Counted from the stretch's first letter, positions 38,731-53,467 are shown. The stretch is 64,000 bases of DNA from Podospora anserina (GCA_017654855.1 CM030338.1:2170001-2234000), one strand, 5' to 3'. Numbers and translations: made by a program. The notes: generated from the sequence alone by a model not told the origin.

Positions 38731-41700
38731 ATGAACGGCATCGTGGGGTCGGCACCTCCTGGTGCCATGTACGTCAGGGCGCTCTATGATTACGAGGCTG
38801 ATGACAGGACGAGCTTGAGCTTTCACGAAGGCGACATTATCCAGGTCATTACTCGGCTCGAGAGCGGATGGTGGGACGGTGTCATCAACGGCGTCAGAGG
38901 CTGGTTTCCTAGTAATTACTGCCAGATCATTGACGAACTCCCAGAGCTTGAAGAAAACGGCGAGCCAGAACAGGTCGAGGAGGAACCTGATGACCACCCG
39001 GAAGTATACGAAGGAGAGTATGAGGATGAAGATGGCTCCGAAGTTGACGATGTCGAGGGCCTTCCCCTCGAGGGAACCGAAGGCGACAGGCTGAGGGCCG
39101 ATTTCTGGATCCCTCAAGCCACTCCAGACGGCAGGCTATTCTACTACAACACCATGACGGGCGAGAGCAGAGCGGACCTGCCACTCGAGTCTCCCTCTTC
39201 GGTGACCGAGACAGGCCCAAGAGATCGCATGAATCTCAGTGTTCCCGACCGAACAAGGCCGCCGGCCGAAATGATTGCCAGAGGGCTGACCCGAGACGAG
39301 GAGGACGAATCGGACGTCAACTCGGCATCCGAACTAGAAGGCGAGGCTCTGATGAACATGCGAGGCTCAGCGGTATGTCATGACTACTTTTTGTTGTGCA
39401 CACGTTACTGACTTGCGTGACCCAGCCTGTTTCACGCCGATTCCAGATGGGTGACGGTATTTCTCCAGCACCATCCATGGATTCTATGAACGGACAGTCG
39501 CCGGTGACGAGAGCTCGCGGCGAGACGTTTCCAAACGGCAGCTCAGCTCAGACCCCAATGGTATCTTCAGCCACTGCGTTTACCAGCTCCGGGTTCAACC
39601 TGCCTACTGCTGCAACGATTCCGCGATCCTTTTTCGACGACGGAACGACACCTGCACTCAACTGGCCTCGTTTGGTGTCCAACATGAAGAAGGCTATTGA
39701 CCGCTACAGGGAGGCCATCACGAGCGGCAACAGGGCAGAGTATGTTGCACGCGCTGAAGACATCTCAGATCATTTGCGCCTTCTCTTGGCAGCAGGCTCC
39801 GGAACGACCGACAACCACTCAGGCCAACCCTCGATCATCTCGACAAACAAGGCGCTCTACCCGCATTTTCGTGACATGATGTCCAAGTTTAGCAAGCTCG
39901 TCATCTCTTCACACATCGCGGCGGCGGACTGGCCCAACGCCGAGTCGATACAAAAATGCCTGCAGGAAGCCGACGGCGTCCTGCTAGGTGTCTTTAGCTA
40001 TCTCGAGGTTGCAAAGCAGCAACGAGGCGACGAGATTCCACGACTGTTCCCAGGCTTTGTTATTGGGTCGAATGCGGGTGGCAGCTGGCAGAACAATGGA
40101 CTAGGTCCTCGTGACGCCATCACCACCAACTTTCTCGAGGATGAGGAAGGCCTGGTTGAACCAAATGCCCTCCTGGATGGCAAGCTTCTGGAGCGGCTTG
40201 ATGAGCTGAAAAGGATGGTGGTCTCGAGCATCCGTGAGCTGGATAAGAACCTGCTGGTTACGGACAAGATCATCACTCCCTACAAGCACGAAATGATTGG
40301 AAATGCTGTTTGCGCCGCCGGCAGCAAGGTACTGGATATGTTCAAGCCCTGGATTGCCATGATTGAATCAATCGACCTCTCGCTGCTGGACAACACGTTC
40401 CAAACGCCGCAACTTGCCGACTTTAGCACCAACAAGCAGAGTTTATATGATAATATCTCTGATTTGATTCTGGGCTGTCAAGCAGTGGCTGGTCCGTTGG
40501 CGGACGAGTGGTCAGAGGTGAGGGGTCAAGCTCTGGAGGAACGGCTGGAGTATGTCCGAAACTGCGCACGAGCACTGGAGACGAACTCATCCCATATCGG
40601 ATTCTCGCTCCAGCTTCTTTCCGAGCAGGTTTCGATTGTCTTGCAGCAGCAGGCCGAGACGCGCATGCGGGAAGAAGTGCCCACGCGAGAGCAACCAAGA
40701 AGGATGGAGACCATGCCATATGAGCGACCGCATCAGCGGACAGAGTCGCTGTCGCGGCCTGTCAGACCAGGAATGCCTATGGGGTCGCAGTCGTTTACTG
40801 AAGGTGACACCATGATGACGACTAACCCGTACCGGAAGGATGACAAGCTTAAGAAGTTCTTTGGAGAAGACCCTACCCCGGTGCAGCAAACGTTGATCGA
40901 CGACACCCCCGAGTTCTTGAGGCTGGACCACGATGTCGACCTTTCCTGGGACCTCAAGACCCAACCGCCAACGGTCAAGGGTGGTTCCCTGATGGCCTTG
41001 GTGGAGCAACTTACACGGCACGACAAGCTCGACGCCAACTTCAACAACACCTTTCTTCTTACCTATCGGTCGTTCACATCAGCACGAGAGCTGTTTGAGC
41101 TTTTGGTGAAGAGGTTCAACCTGCAACCGCCAGAAGGACTGACCCAGCCCGAGTATGACCAGTGGACAAACCAGAAACAAAAACTGATCCGCTTCCGCAT
41201 CGTCAATATCTTGAAAAACTGGTTCGACAACTTCTGGATGGAGGACCCAAGCGAGGAAGCGACGAAGCAGCTGTTGCGGGATGTTTACAACTTTGCCAAG
41301 GACACGGTCAAATCCACCGAGACACCCGGTTCGGGTCCTCTGATGACGGTACTCGACCAGCGACTGAATGGCAAGGAGGTGGGCGCCCGCCGCATGATTC
41401 AGACGGTCAACCAGAACACGCCAGCTCCCATCATGCCAAAGAACATGAAGAAGCTCAAGTTCCTCGACATCGACGTTACCGAGTTCGCCCGCCAGCTCAC
41501 GATTATCGAGTCCCGTCTGTACGGCAAGATCAAGCCAACCGAGTGTCTGAACAAGACTTGGCAGAAGAAGGTTGGAGAGGGAGAGCCAGAGCCTGCTCCG
41601 AACGTGAAGGCCCTAATTCTTCATTCTAATCAAATGACCAATTGGGTGGCTGAGATGATCTTGTCACAAACCGACGTGAGGAAACGCGTCGTTGTCATCA

Positions 41701-42362
41701 AACACTTTGTGGCGGTTGCCGACAAGTGCCGTGGGCTCAACAACTTTTCGACCCTCACATCCATCATCTCCGCCTTGGGTACTGCGCCTATTGCCCGCCT
41801 CAAGCGGACATGGGATCAAGTGCCGCAGCGCATTCACGCCACCCTGGAGACGATGCGCAAGTTGATGGCCAGCACCAAGAACTTTGGCGAGTACAGAGAA
41901 GCGCTGCACGCCCAGCAGCCCCCCTGCATTCCCTTCTTTGGTGTTTACCTGACCGACTTGACCTTCATCGAGGACGGCATCCCGTCCATCATCAAGAAGA
42001 CTAACCTCATCAACTTTGCCAAGCGAGCGAAGACGGCCGAAGTGATCCGGGACATTCAGCAGTACCAGAATGTGGCTTACTCGCTCCAGCCGGTCCCCGA
42101 GCTCCAGGATTACATACTCAGCAACATGCAGCAGGCGGGAGACGTGCACGAGATGTACGACAAGAGCTTGCAGATTGAGCCGCGCGAGCGGGAAGACGAA
42201 AAGATCGTCAGGTAGTACCGTCCTTCTTTTCGCCCACACCCGAATTATTTCCTGTTTGGCGTTTTCAAGCCGACTTCTTATGCCATGAGGCAGCAGTTTA
42301 TTCCGTACTAACGCTTTGATCTTTTGTTTTGCAGAGTTTTGGCCGAGTCTGGGTTCCTATGA
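38731..42362 (+). CDS. CDC25: Ras guanine-nucleotide exchange factor Cdc25 (SH3, WW, REM, CDC25 domains); introns 39373-39425, 42212-42334
   Basis: SH3 YVRALYDYEADDRTSLSF..GWWDG..GWFPSNY; WW FWIPQATPDGRLFYYNTMTGES; REM FLLTYRSF; catalytic EFARQLT, LNNFS, PPCIPFFGVYLTDLTFIEDG, INFAKR; last exon VLAESGFL*. The start codon is the first in-frame ATG and is tentative. Confidence 0.95.
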
Positions 42363-44103
42363 AGAGCGAAAGGGGGATGCGATATACTTGACCTCTACAG
42401 TTTTACGACGGGCTTCTACGGTGCGAATGTCGATGTTGGGACGGTACATGGATCATGGACGGTCGAAATGTGTGGATATTCATGTACTGTACGACAATGG
42501 GGTCCAAGGGCGGGATGATGGAGCTGTCGATTGTATTTGACAGGGTTTTCTGGGAGCTCCTGGAGTTCGATTTCGACGTCAAGAGAGAGGGTGGGGGCGC
42601 TTGGGGTCACTTATAGGAGTCTGCCGAACCGGGATAAACCCATCTCGTCGACCGGGAAACCGTGCGAGAAGACTGGACGCCAAGGAATCCCCGAGTCGAC
42701 CCTGGAACGACGACAATCTTGCAGCTCCGGCGATGAACCGCACCGACGACCGACCGAGCGAGGCCAGAAAGGAGAGGAAGAAACAAACTTGAAGGGCAGG
42801 CAGCTTTGGAGGACTGCCATTATCTTGGTGGGAACCGGGGCAACAAACTCATATATGGGCAGCATGGTTATGGCATGGGATTGGGTCGGGAAGAGTTATT
42901 TTATATGGCCAAGAGAAAAGGGTATATGGTGGGAGGGGGATTCCAAGGCCCCAGGCAAATTTGAAGGGATATGGACATATGGGAGGGCTGGAGGGCTGTG
43001 TGTGTATCTGCTGTGTGTGTATCTGCTGTGTGTGTATGTGTGTGTGTGGGATATGTGTATGTGTCGAATTTTAGCAGGCACATTCATGGATTTTTTTTCG
43101 GCCATCTTGGGAGCAGAGGGCAGACAAGGGGAAGGGGAAATAGATGATGGTTCATTTGCTGATGAATGGGGGGGGGGGAGGGGGGGATTTAGCTATCGGG
43201 ATTTAGAAAGCTTTAATCTGCTTCATACTGCTACCACTACTTGATGATTTATGGATGATGTAGACTTAGTGTGGGATATTGCAGTCTTCTTTTCTACAGT
43301 CATCATTTCATGCTTGTGAACTGATGACTCTGGAGTTTGTTGGTCATGAGAATCAGGAGTTGAGTGAATGAGTGAGTGATAAACTTGAACCGAGGTTAAG
43401 CAGCCAAGGATGTTGAGGTCGGCCCGGATGCTACCTACCCCAGATTGATCACCATGGCTCGCATGCAGTTGACAGGCCGTGTTCATGCCGCTCGCTGTCT
43501 GCTTGCATGGCCACGAGGAGGTACGTAGCCAATGATGTTGTGTTGTCAGTAATGAGGGGACTTTAGAGGGGTTTTCGGGCGTGCATTCGGGAGGGATGAC
43601 TTCCGCTCGCGCGGTTTCTCTACACAAAGCATGTGAAAAAGGGGCGGGTGACTGGGGAGAAAAGCCGCGACTTGTAACCTGAGGTTAGACGTGTAGTGGT
43701 AGGTTGTGTGTTTGTGCAGTGCTCGGTTGAAGTACCGATACTTGTTTTTTTTTCCTTTTTTTTTCCTTTTTCTTTTTTTTTAAAAAAAACCATCAGGGTC
43801 ATGACTGCGACCCATAGGCAGCATCATTCATCTACCTTTCTTCAAAGTTGGTTTCTAGAAAGGGGGTATGGGATGAGGTAAGCACCCCTTTTACCATCTT
43901 GTTATGTTATACCGCCTCATGGCTCATTAATATCTATATTTCATCCCTCGTATACATACATAGGTACATACATAGGTAACAAGTAGGTAAAGTCAACGTC
44001 AGCTATATAGCTCTTGTCCTTTGAGCAAATCCCATCATCGCTCATCCCCGTTCATTATGTATACACCACACCTTATATTCCCCCCCATCATCAAACCCCA
44101 CCA

Positions 44104-45008
44104 TCACCTCTTCTTCCTCAACTCCCCCTTCGGCGGCAAAACCCTCACCACCCCCTGCCCCACGCTCTCCCAGACACTCCCCCCCACCCTCCCGGGCAAC
44201 CTCCTCCCCCTCAACCTCTGATCGACGAGCCACATCCCCACCACAAACTCCTCCCGTCCCAACGCCCCCTTCCCCCCCCGATCAACCAACCCCCATATCT
44301 CGGCCAACTCCTCCCTCGGCAGCCGACTCCTGTCCCAAATATCCCTCACCACAACATTAACAACCAACTCTGCCTCCTTCGTCCCAGCCTGTGCCCTCCC
44401 TTCCTCATCATCATCCTCCCCACCGGTAAACCCCCACCCCGACCTCATAAACAACCCCTTATTGCTCGCCCAAACAGCCTCATACCTCCTCCTCTGCCCT
44501 GCCGTAACCTCATCCCTCCACCTCGATCTCGACCCCTCGTGGTGAGCGTGGTTCCTCCGGCCGGGTATGTGATGACCGAGCACCTTTCCCTTTCGGTGGG
44601 CGTGCCTGTGCATTTTCCTTCTGGCGTCTTCGTCATCTGACAGAGACGTGGGGGGTTGCCGGAGGGTGGTGAGCATTCCCGTCCGTTTTGGGGAGCGACT
44701 TCCCGATTTGGAGTTGCCACTGCGATGAGGCGTCAAAGAGTCGACTGTTCTTTGCGGAAGGGAAGCGTTGTGGGATTTATCGTTGTGATGGTAATGGGGG
44801 TTATGGCGTCTGGAAGGAGGAGGGATGGGGGGTGGTGCTAATGGGGAGGGGGTTAGTCGGGAAGAAGCCAAGTTGCTGGCTACGATGGCGTTGGTGAGGG
44901 AGTCGAGGCCGAGGTTGGGGGTTGATAGCCTTGGTGCTGAAGGCCGGCGTGGTGGTGGGGAGGAGGCTGGGCGGCGACGGGATTTAGGTGGTTTGGGTGC
45001 TTGTTTTG

Positions 45009-45068
<60 letters not shown>

Positions 45069-46524
45069 GCTCTTGGGGCTTGTTGTCTTGTTCTTGAGGG
45101 GTAAGTTCCTCAACTTCTTCCGGATCTGGTTGCTGAGCTGAGGATGCTGAGACGAAGCTGTCATCAGAAGACATTGAGCACTCAGACACCCGACGCATGA
45201 CTGGCGCTGCCGGGACTGGCCTCTGCTCAACCACATTGGCAGTTTGCTTCTCTTCAGGCCTGGCTTCCTCCATACTGGCCGACCGGATAGCAGTAACCTC
45301 AACAGTAGGTGTTTTCGTATTCTTGTCACTGGTCTTCCTAGCAGGTGGTAGTGCCGGGGGTTCCAGTTTTGCCGTCTTAGCAACCCTTCTTGGTTGAGGA
45401 GAGACAACTTGTGTAGAAACAGCAGGGGAAGAGAATTTCGAAGGAGGCGTGCCAGGACGCTTTATCTCATGACGCTCAAGCTTTGACTCACCTTCAGCTT
45501 TAGGCTTCTCAGTAGACTCGGGCGTCTTTTTAGGCTTAGGCTTCGGTTTTGGTTTAGGCTTTGTCTTGGTCTGTTGTTCGTCCAGCACTTCCTGTGTCTG
45601 CCTTTCACCGGCCGGCCCAGGGCTCCTACCCCTCGGTGACAGCGAGGGTGATACCTTTTGCTGCCTAGGTGTGGGCGCGTCCCTCTTCTTAACAGGGTCA
45701 ACATCCTCCCCACCCTTGCTTTCAAACAGCGACACCAAAGACGTCGTCGGCATTATCGACTCGGTATCCAGCGCATCCACCGACTTCGGACCTAAACTCG
45801 GCGCCATAGACAACACGCTCGCAGCTCCGGTGCTATGTCCCCTGCTCCTACCCGGACGGGTCTGGGTAACACCATTGTTGTTTGCCTTTTGGTTCGTGTT
45901 CGGAATCGGAGAAGTAGACCTGCTGGCGGCGAGCGTGGCAGCTATAAACGAGGCAGACGATTGCTTCCCGCCATCCCCAGCATTACTCCTGCCCGCCCCC
46001 GGTGGTGACAACAACGGCGTGCTGCTGGTACCCGGGCTGATCCCCCCCCCACTGCCCGCATGTAGATACTGAGCCACTCTCTGAGCCACCAGCCCATCAT
46101 CATCCTTTTCAATATTATCCTCCCTAACCCCCTGATTACTCCAACTACCCCCCGTCTCCTGCCTCCCAATCTCTAGTCTCCCAGAAGCACTGTGCGCCAC
46201 CGAACTCGCCCGCGATCGTGTCTGTGAAACAGAGGCATCTCTCGCGGCATGATTCGCCGCAAGGAAAGCCCCGTTCCCGGCCCCGGCCCCGGTTGTTCTC
46301 GTCCTCGTAGTATTGTTCTGCGTCGTGTTTCGATTCGGGGATATCGACGTCTGTTTCGTCTCAGCAGCGTTCTTATTATTCGTAGCGGCGACAGCCTTTT
46401 GGGCGTTGAAAGCAAGAGTTGCGCCCTTCAAGGCGGCCGAGAGAGCAGCCGCATTATTGCTGTTGTTGGTACCGCTTTTTGTAGGGAGACCGCCGCCTTG
46501 ATTTCGAGTCGGTGAGGTCGACAT
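44104..46524 (-). CDS. Irs4/Tax4-like protein with C-terminal EH domain
   Basis: 806-aa ORF, low-complexity S/P/Q body; C-terminal RRRYEAVWASNKG..VVNVVVRDIWDRSRLP..LAEIWGLVD..G.LGREEFVVGMWLVDQRLRGRRLP. Confidence 0.85.
45010..45070 (-). repeat. (CAA)n microsatellite encoding polyQ
   Basis: Uninterrupted TTG run on the + strand, about 20 units, in frame as polyQ. Confidence 0.95.
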
Positions 46525-47590
46525 TTAGGATGTCTCTTAAATCTCGATAGGCCCGTGGAATGGTAAAGCTTCGCCCCCCCTCCCCTCCGGTTAAGGACCG
46601 GATAATGTTTCAGTCTTGCAGCGCGCGGCGGGACAAAGCCGGTGTACCTATCCTTCTTAGCTGCCAGCCCGGGGCATCGAATCAGTTCAAGGGAAATGTA
46701 ATGGATGTCAATGTCGTAGGGAGGTGTGTTTTGTACGAGGGAAAGGATTAGGAACAGGCAGACAGCAGCTCCGAAAGGAACATTCGCATCAATGGGTTGA
46801 GGTGCGGCTGATGACGAATGTAAATACGTTTCATGGGGTGACGAAACAGCAAGCACAGGGCCGCCCTTTCGCGCTGTCAGGGACCTGCTGAAAGCGCGCC
46901 AGAGACCCCGGGAGCTGAAGCCAAGAGCTGCGCGTCTTCTGTAAGGCTCCAGCGAGCTAACTGATGCCCCGCTAAAGAGGCGCGTTCCAGAAGTTTAGGC
47001 CCGCTAGGGTGACCGATGTAACTGTCGCTGACAGCAAGGCTAAAATGTTGAAGATCGCAAAAACGGTGGAACTGATGACCGTAAATCCAAGGTTGTCACG
47101 ACTGCACATAAATCTGACTGATATAGACATATATATTGCAAAGTTAAGAATGCCAGACCTAATGCACCAAAGGATAAAGATATATGACGATCAGCCTCTA
47201 GTATTCAGGGCATATCGAAACGATAATAACTCCCCCTTATACAAACGCCAGCCATTTACAAATAGGTATCCATCCATCTTATCACCGAACTCCCATCCAA
47301 CATATTCGGTGTTCCCATTCCCTTACTCCCAGCCATCAATCCCATCTCGTGTTCTTTCCCATTGCTGGACCCAAACCATCAAAGGATACATATAACAATA
47401 TACATGAACCCCCCTTCTGATACAAAGTTTTGACCCGCACCAAGCTGAAAAAGCCAAAGAAGCAAAAACCGAAGAAACCCATCAGACAGGAACCAAACCC
47501 ATCCGACAGTAAAAAGCAGTTCATAAAACAAGTACCCCTCGAATGAAACCCAAACCTTCCCTTTTGCCCAAATCCAGCCCTCTCGCTCAC

Positions 47591-50165
47591 TTAAAAAGCA
47601 TCCTCATCAGTCCACTCACTCCCCCCACTCAAAATCCTATTTCCATCCTCATCCACAACAACATTCCCAGCACGTTGCTGCGACGACGGCGGCGGAATCC
47701 CCCCACCATTCCTCAACTTCTGCACCCCCCTAATAGTCCCAAACCCCCCCGCCTGCTGCGCCGCCCTAACCTTGGCATAATACGCCTCGGACACATCCAC
47801 CTCCGGCTCGCTCGTATCATCATACGTCTCCCAGTTCTCCGACCCCGACACCCCGCTAACAATAGTCGACGTGTCCGACACCTGCCTCTGCTGTGCTGCT
47901 GCCGACTGTGAATACTGCAGCGGACTCCTCGACGGCGGCTCATAGCTCTGCCTCGTCGACGACGACGACGAATCATACTCTCTCTCCCTCGTCGAGTTCT
48001 GCCTCGATGGCGGGTTATACTCCCTCGTCGGCGGCCTGCTGCTATCGTCCGTGTGATTCGTCTGTCTCGAAATGGTGGTGTATTCCCTGCTGCTCGGCCT
48101 GCTATCGCTGCTGTTCTGGGAAGAATACCTGTCCCTCTCGTCATAAACATCCTCGGGCTGGACCTGCCGCACAATGCTGACACTCGACCCCAGCTTCATC
48201 GAACTCCTAAAAGATGGCATCGTCGTCGGTGCCTCCATTTTCAGCTCGGGAGCCGGCATCAAATCCCTCATTTTCGGCGGTGGCGCTCTCATGACAAGCC
48301 TCAGACTTCCAGTCGCACTACTAACCGAATCCGATGCTCGAGGTCGCTCCGGGGAGTTGTTTCCGTTCCTAAGGTTTGAGAGCGGCGGTCGGGGGTGGCT
48401 AACCGTGCTTCCGCGGATCGGACTGCCCTTGCTGATGACTGTATTAGCTGTGACTGTTGCCGCCCTGGCCAGAGTTGGTTTGGTGGTGGTGGTGGTGGTG
48501 CTCGCCGTGGTGGGGGTTTTGTTTCCGTTCCGCTGCGGGTTCGGTTTGTTCAGGCTGCCTACGCTTTTGGCGCGGGAGAGGGTGCTGTTTGACCTGGAGG
48601 TGCCCGGGGTCGCAGCGGTGGGCGCTGCCGAGGCGTTGGCTGGTGTCTTCGACCTGGGGCCGGGGGTCGGTTTGGGGGGATCTTCGAGTTCGATGACATC
48701 CAGGTAGCGCTCTCCGTGTACAAGGAATGGTCGGCCGTAGTCGTCTTCCCACTTCTCAAGGCCTTTGCGGAGCTCGGCGATGACCTTGGGGAGGTCCTTG
48801 GCGATGCGCTTTCTCATCTTCTCTTCGCGCAGTAGCTTGCCTGGGTCGCGTCTCTCGCCTTTCTGTCCGCGCATCATTAGTCTGGAAGAATCCTGGGCTG
48901 AAGCGGCAAGCTCGTCTCTTTCTTGAATGAGGGACTTGTGCTTGTCAACGAGAGCCAGAGTAGGAGCTCGTTGTTCTTTGAGGACCTCGAGCCGAACGAT
49001 TTCGCGTTCGTGGGCCTCAAGAAGAGCATCGCTGTAGACATCGGAGAAGGCTGGCGTGAACTCGAGCATTTCCTCCTCAGAAAGATACAGGGTGTCCCAA
49101 AGTTCCTGAAGCTTCAGACGAGCATCCTCGACAAAGATGTGAAGGTTTTGCCTCTTCAGCTCATTGAGGCGCGCAAGTTCCTCCTCGAACTCGTTAATCT
49201 GCCGGATTCCGCAGCCGCGGTTGCTGTTGAGGAACGCCTTACGGTCCGCCTCATCAACCTCGAGCCTCTCCCAAAGACCCTCAACAGTATCTTTGAGGTC
49301 TCTAAGACGTCTTTCGCGGTTCTCCTTCTCTTTCAAAAGCTTGTCCCTCTTGGCCTTCAGACGAGTAAGATCCTCCTGGTGAAGACCAAGCTGCTCGGGG
49401 GCATCGCGATAATACTTCACTATCGCATTATCTGTTTGCGCTTGGGGGGTTCCCAGTTCAGCCCAGAGCTGGATGATATTCTCACCCAAGCCCTTGACAG
49501 TTTCCACGCGGTGCATGTACTCCTCATACACACGAGTAAACTCAGCATCCAACTTGTCCACATACTTGGGTGATAAGTCAAACGTTGGAGGAATTGATTG
49601 ATCTGGCGCGGTGGGCGGCAGCTCAATCTTGACAAATGATGGTTCAAGATGTGACGAGTAAGACTCGAGCGCTTGAACAAGTGCTGTCACATCATTAGCT
49701 GCAGTCACACACGTGGCATGGTGTTGTGAGGCACTTACTCTTGACCTGTTCGAATCGCTCTCTATGCAGCCGACTGACTTGATTTTGCTTTTTTTCGAGA
49801 ACTTTGAGACACCTTGTGAGTGGATAAGTGATTTTCATGTCCTCGTCCTCATAGCGGCGCGATGTGCTGTCGTCTAGGGAAGCCTCCATTTGCCGGATGG
49901 TGGTCATCATTTTTTGCGCTTGCTCAATCATCCCCTTCTTTTCAGATGTGACAAGTCGCACTTGATTGTTGAGTGCCTCGGAGAGCGCAGAGAAGAGCTG
50001 ATGTGATTTTGGTTAGTGAACATCTGCGATCGGGCCGCAATTGAATGCGCATACCTCTGCCTCTCGCGACTCGCGCTCATGGCTGGAGACTCCAATCTCG
50101 TCAAACAGGCCATGCAGCTGGCCAATTATTGTATTGACCTGCTGGGCCAGATAGCTGGTGTCCAT
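47591..50165 (-). CDS. ASE1: Anaphase spindle elongation protein Ase1 (MAP65/PRC1 family); introns 49998-50054, 49684-49738
   Basis: MDTSYLAQQVNTIIGQLHGLFDEIGV..|LFSALSEAL..; IIQLWAELG; ELARLNELKRQNL..LQELWD; DSSRL..RDPGKLLREEKMRKRIAKDLPK..WEDDYGRPFLVHGERYL. Confidence 0.92.
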
Positions 50166-53100
50166 CGTGGGGGGGAGGTGAGGTTGTCGTCAGGATGCGC
50201 AGTGGGTTGTAGATCGGATGCCTGATGAAGCGACTCCAGTGGAGATGATTGCTAGGGGCAGTCGGTAATGCTGCTGTGTTGTGGTAACGAGTGTACAGAT
50301 GATGTCGGTCGTGGCGGGGTGTGCCATCCAGCGCAATGCAGAGCAGAATGACGTGCAGCGGCAGCAGTTGGCCTGGGGTGTCGTGGCCTTGCAGCTGTTT
50401 ACAAAAGTCGCTATTGTACCTGGTGGGAATAGTAGTGGCAGCGTCGGCGCATCGCAAAAAAGTGAAGATGTCGAGATGAAAAGAGACGGGATTGATCGTG
50501 TGGAGTTTTGCGGCGAGGCCGGTCGATCAGCTCTTGTTGCTCACAGGTCGCGGGGAAAGCGTCGTCAGAAAGAAAAGAGGAGAACAAAATGAAAGTCGAG
50601 CGAGACAGGAAACGGCAAAGTGCGAAACACTGCGTCTTGTTTCCAGGAATCACCTGCAGAAAGCGCTGCACCTCGTAATCCTGGTTCGCGCTCCCGCCCG
50701 TTGTCAGGGCAACGTCTGCCTATATCCGTGTGTTTGGTTGGGTGGAGTTTCAGCCGTTCAGGAGGCCCCGCCTGAACTTCCCTGTTCCTGACGACCATTT
50801 CGCAACTCTACCCCGCTCCCAAGGCGCATCGAGTCTTGATTTCGCTCATTTAGCGGACGTCTATGAGCAAATCCGGGGGATCTGAACATGGGAACGGCTT
50901 CTAGAGATGCTTGTTGGCTTTCCAGATCCAACATTTCCTTGAATCAGTTAAACAAGATGGCTGGGGGTTAGTGGGGTTTAACATCTCTCTTAAGCGCCCT
51001 AAGGGGGGCTGTCAGCAATGCACACAGCTTCCAACTGCAGCTTTCTCAGCTTATTACTATTCCCGGCAAGTCCTCGGTCAAACGACTCGATATGCACCTC
51101 GTTCCGAGAGCATTCAAAGGGAGCGAGCGATAAGCACAGCCTTTCGCCAGATCTTGACACCATCGCGCGAGCGGCAATGGGTAAGCCGCTGTTGCTCTGC
51201 CTCCGAGATGTAAGGGCGTGTCAAGGTAAAGAGATCACAATCACCGGACGAGACAGACGACCTTCCTCTTCCCCTTGCATCCTCAACTGTGGATATCCGC
51301 CGTTTAGACCCGCAACATCTCGGCCGGTTACTTGAGGGACGCATATGATCTCGAAATACGAGTTCCCGGACAAGCGGACACGACCAACCTGGAGAACAAC
51401 CGGAGCCTCAAAGAGTCATTCTGCTTAACACCAATAGCATCAATCTCGGTTTCTAGTCACTTCCGGCCATTGTCACACCGTCCGGAGACGGCAGCCGGAG
51501 GAGATGATTTCCGTGTGTCCTCCCGTTGCCAGAGCATCGGTTCGTGAGGTGGACAAGATGAGAGGTCGCAATAGAAGTCTTCTGGATGCGGTGCGTTCAG
51601 GGTCAGCGGCCGCATCAGATTCCGTCGACGCAAGCTCACTGCTATTGGGGCTGCTGAAGCGGTGGGAGTTGGCTAAATTGTTCGACACAAACTGGCCGGT
51701 ATGGTCCAGAGCAACGTCGTTTCTGGGACGAACGAACCTCCGCGGCATCAATCGCACAGACCACATCGACGTTGCTTGGGATGGGATGGAGGCATATATG
51801 CCCGTACCTGCAATATAGGGGTCGTCTTTCAACCTCAGATGCAGTTCTCGGCGCCTCCTCAAGACACGGAAGCTGTGCAACCTAGACTCTCCAACGCATG
51901 AGATGGATGACTGTTGACGTCCCGAGTCCTTCTTTTTCTCTGGATGCGACCCCTTGCCGGCAGTTCTCCCCCACACAGGAGATCTGGGTCAATGCCATGC
52001 GGTCTGTGCGTTGACGTCTTCCTCCCTTTATCGTTTTGCACACGTCCCTGCATGAGGTGAGAAGGCACGATCTTGAGAAACTCCGTAGCCAAACAAAGAA
52101 GCTGCTAAAAAACAGCCAAAGGTAAGAAAGGCAGTCGCGAGCCAACCAGATCAGGCGTCTCCCCCCCACCATCACTCCTTCCTCTGCCCCTGAAAGCCAC
52201 TCTCAAGCCTCGTTGCCTCTTGCCATATCTGGATGCTTTAACATAGTAAAGAGATCTCATTGGCCAGACCGAAAATATCCTGTCATAGCCATCGAGCCGC
52301 AATTCTGGCGAGTTTGAGAAAGAGCCTTCCTCCATCTAACTTTGACTGTTATCCGCCATCCTCATGGTCCAGAACCCAGACAGGTCCTGGCAACTGCCGA
52401 TTTCCCCAGATTCTGTGCCGATCATTGTTACTTCTCTCGCCAGAGTGCTCTTGTGGTCTTCCTGCTTCGCATGACAGCCCGGTCCCTGTTGAGAGTCATT
52501 CGACTGAACTTCTACCGCTGTTTGATCAGCCACCGCCGCAATCAGACGACGTAACGTCACCCCATATTCAGACGATCTGGAAGAGTAGATTGTCTTCTCT
52601 GTTCTTTCTTCTCTTGTCAACCTTGTGCTCGATGGTTTCTCTGGATCCTACACTCGGGGCTTTCTCCGTCAGGGTGAGGACCGGTCTTGGCCATGTTTAT
52701 CCGAGCCGCTGGTGTGGTCGGGAAGACTCCATATCCTACAGTCAAAGGCTCAGGGTGAGTGGTGAATGGTTTGTCTATCTTTTATCTACCGAGAAATAAA
52801 TCGGTGGCTACGGCACCACATGTGCACTTCAACACCGGATGTTGACTTCGGGAACTATGAGACCCTCGACCGTTGATCTCATATCTCTTTTCTTGTCATG
52901 CTACCACTGAGCGGCCATGTCCGATATTGCCACCCAGCTCGAAACAGATGGGTTCAGCCCGTGACTTTTAACTATGCCGGCCGTTAGCCGGTACCTTCAC
53001 CACTTCACCTTTGCCTGGCGAGATCTACTGCAGAGTCCATCTTGATACACCAGACAGTTTATCCGGCCGGGAACTTGCATGTGAGTCGCACCAAGAGACG

Positions 53101-53467
53101 AGACGAGACACACTCTCAGATCGACGTACAGCATCTCTTTTTCCTCTCCAGTCCACTATCCGGCCTCTACCGAAGCCAGAGCCATTCGAGAGAAGCTGGA
53201 CACGGCACAGTGTTGCCCGGAAGAAGGCCATGATGTGTTTCCTTGACGTCGTCGACATCCCGTCTCTGCTCAGACTGGGGGGAAGTCGATGGCTTATATC
53301 TGGGGGAATATCCCGTCCTGTTTTGATATCTCGAGTTTCTATCCTTTTGAGTATTCAGCAGTGTCTCTCTTTTGGCGGTCTTCTTCTCACTCTCCTAATG
53401 GAGATTCAACCCACATTTTATATCCCATTGATTGTAATGAGATAGCACCTCCACCTTGCTTTGCGTC

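Noticed and set aside
42530-43244. 237-aa ORF downstream of CDC25 containing TG-rich 15-bp repeats
   Set aside because: Non-ATG start; composition fits a 3' UTR with simple repeats.
50400-53400. Numerous 60-180-aa ORFs between ASE1 and the PTH11-like gene
   Set aside because: Overlapping on both strands, with no evident codon bias or recognisable domains.
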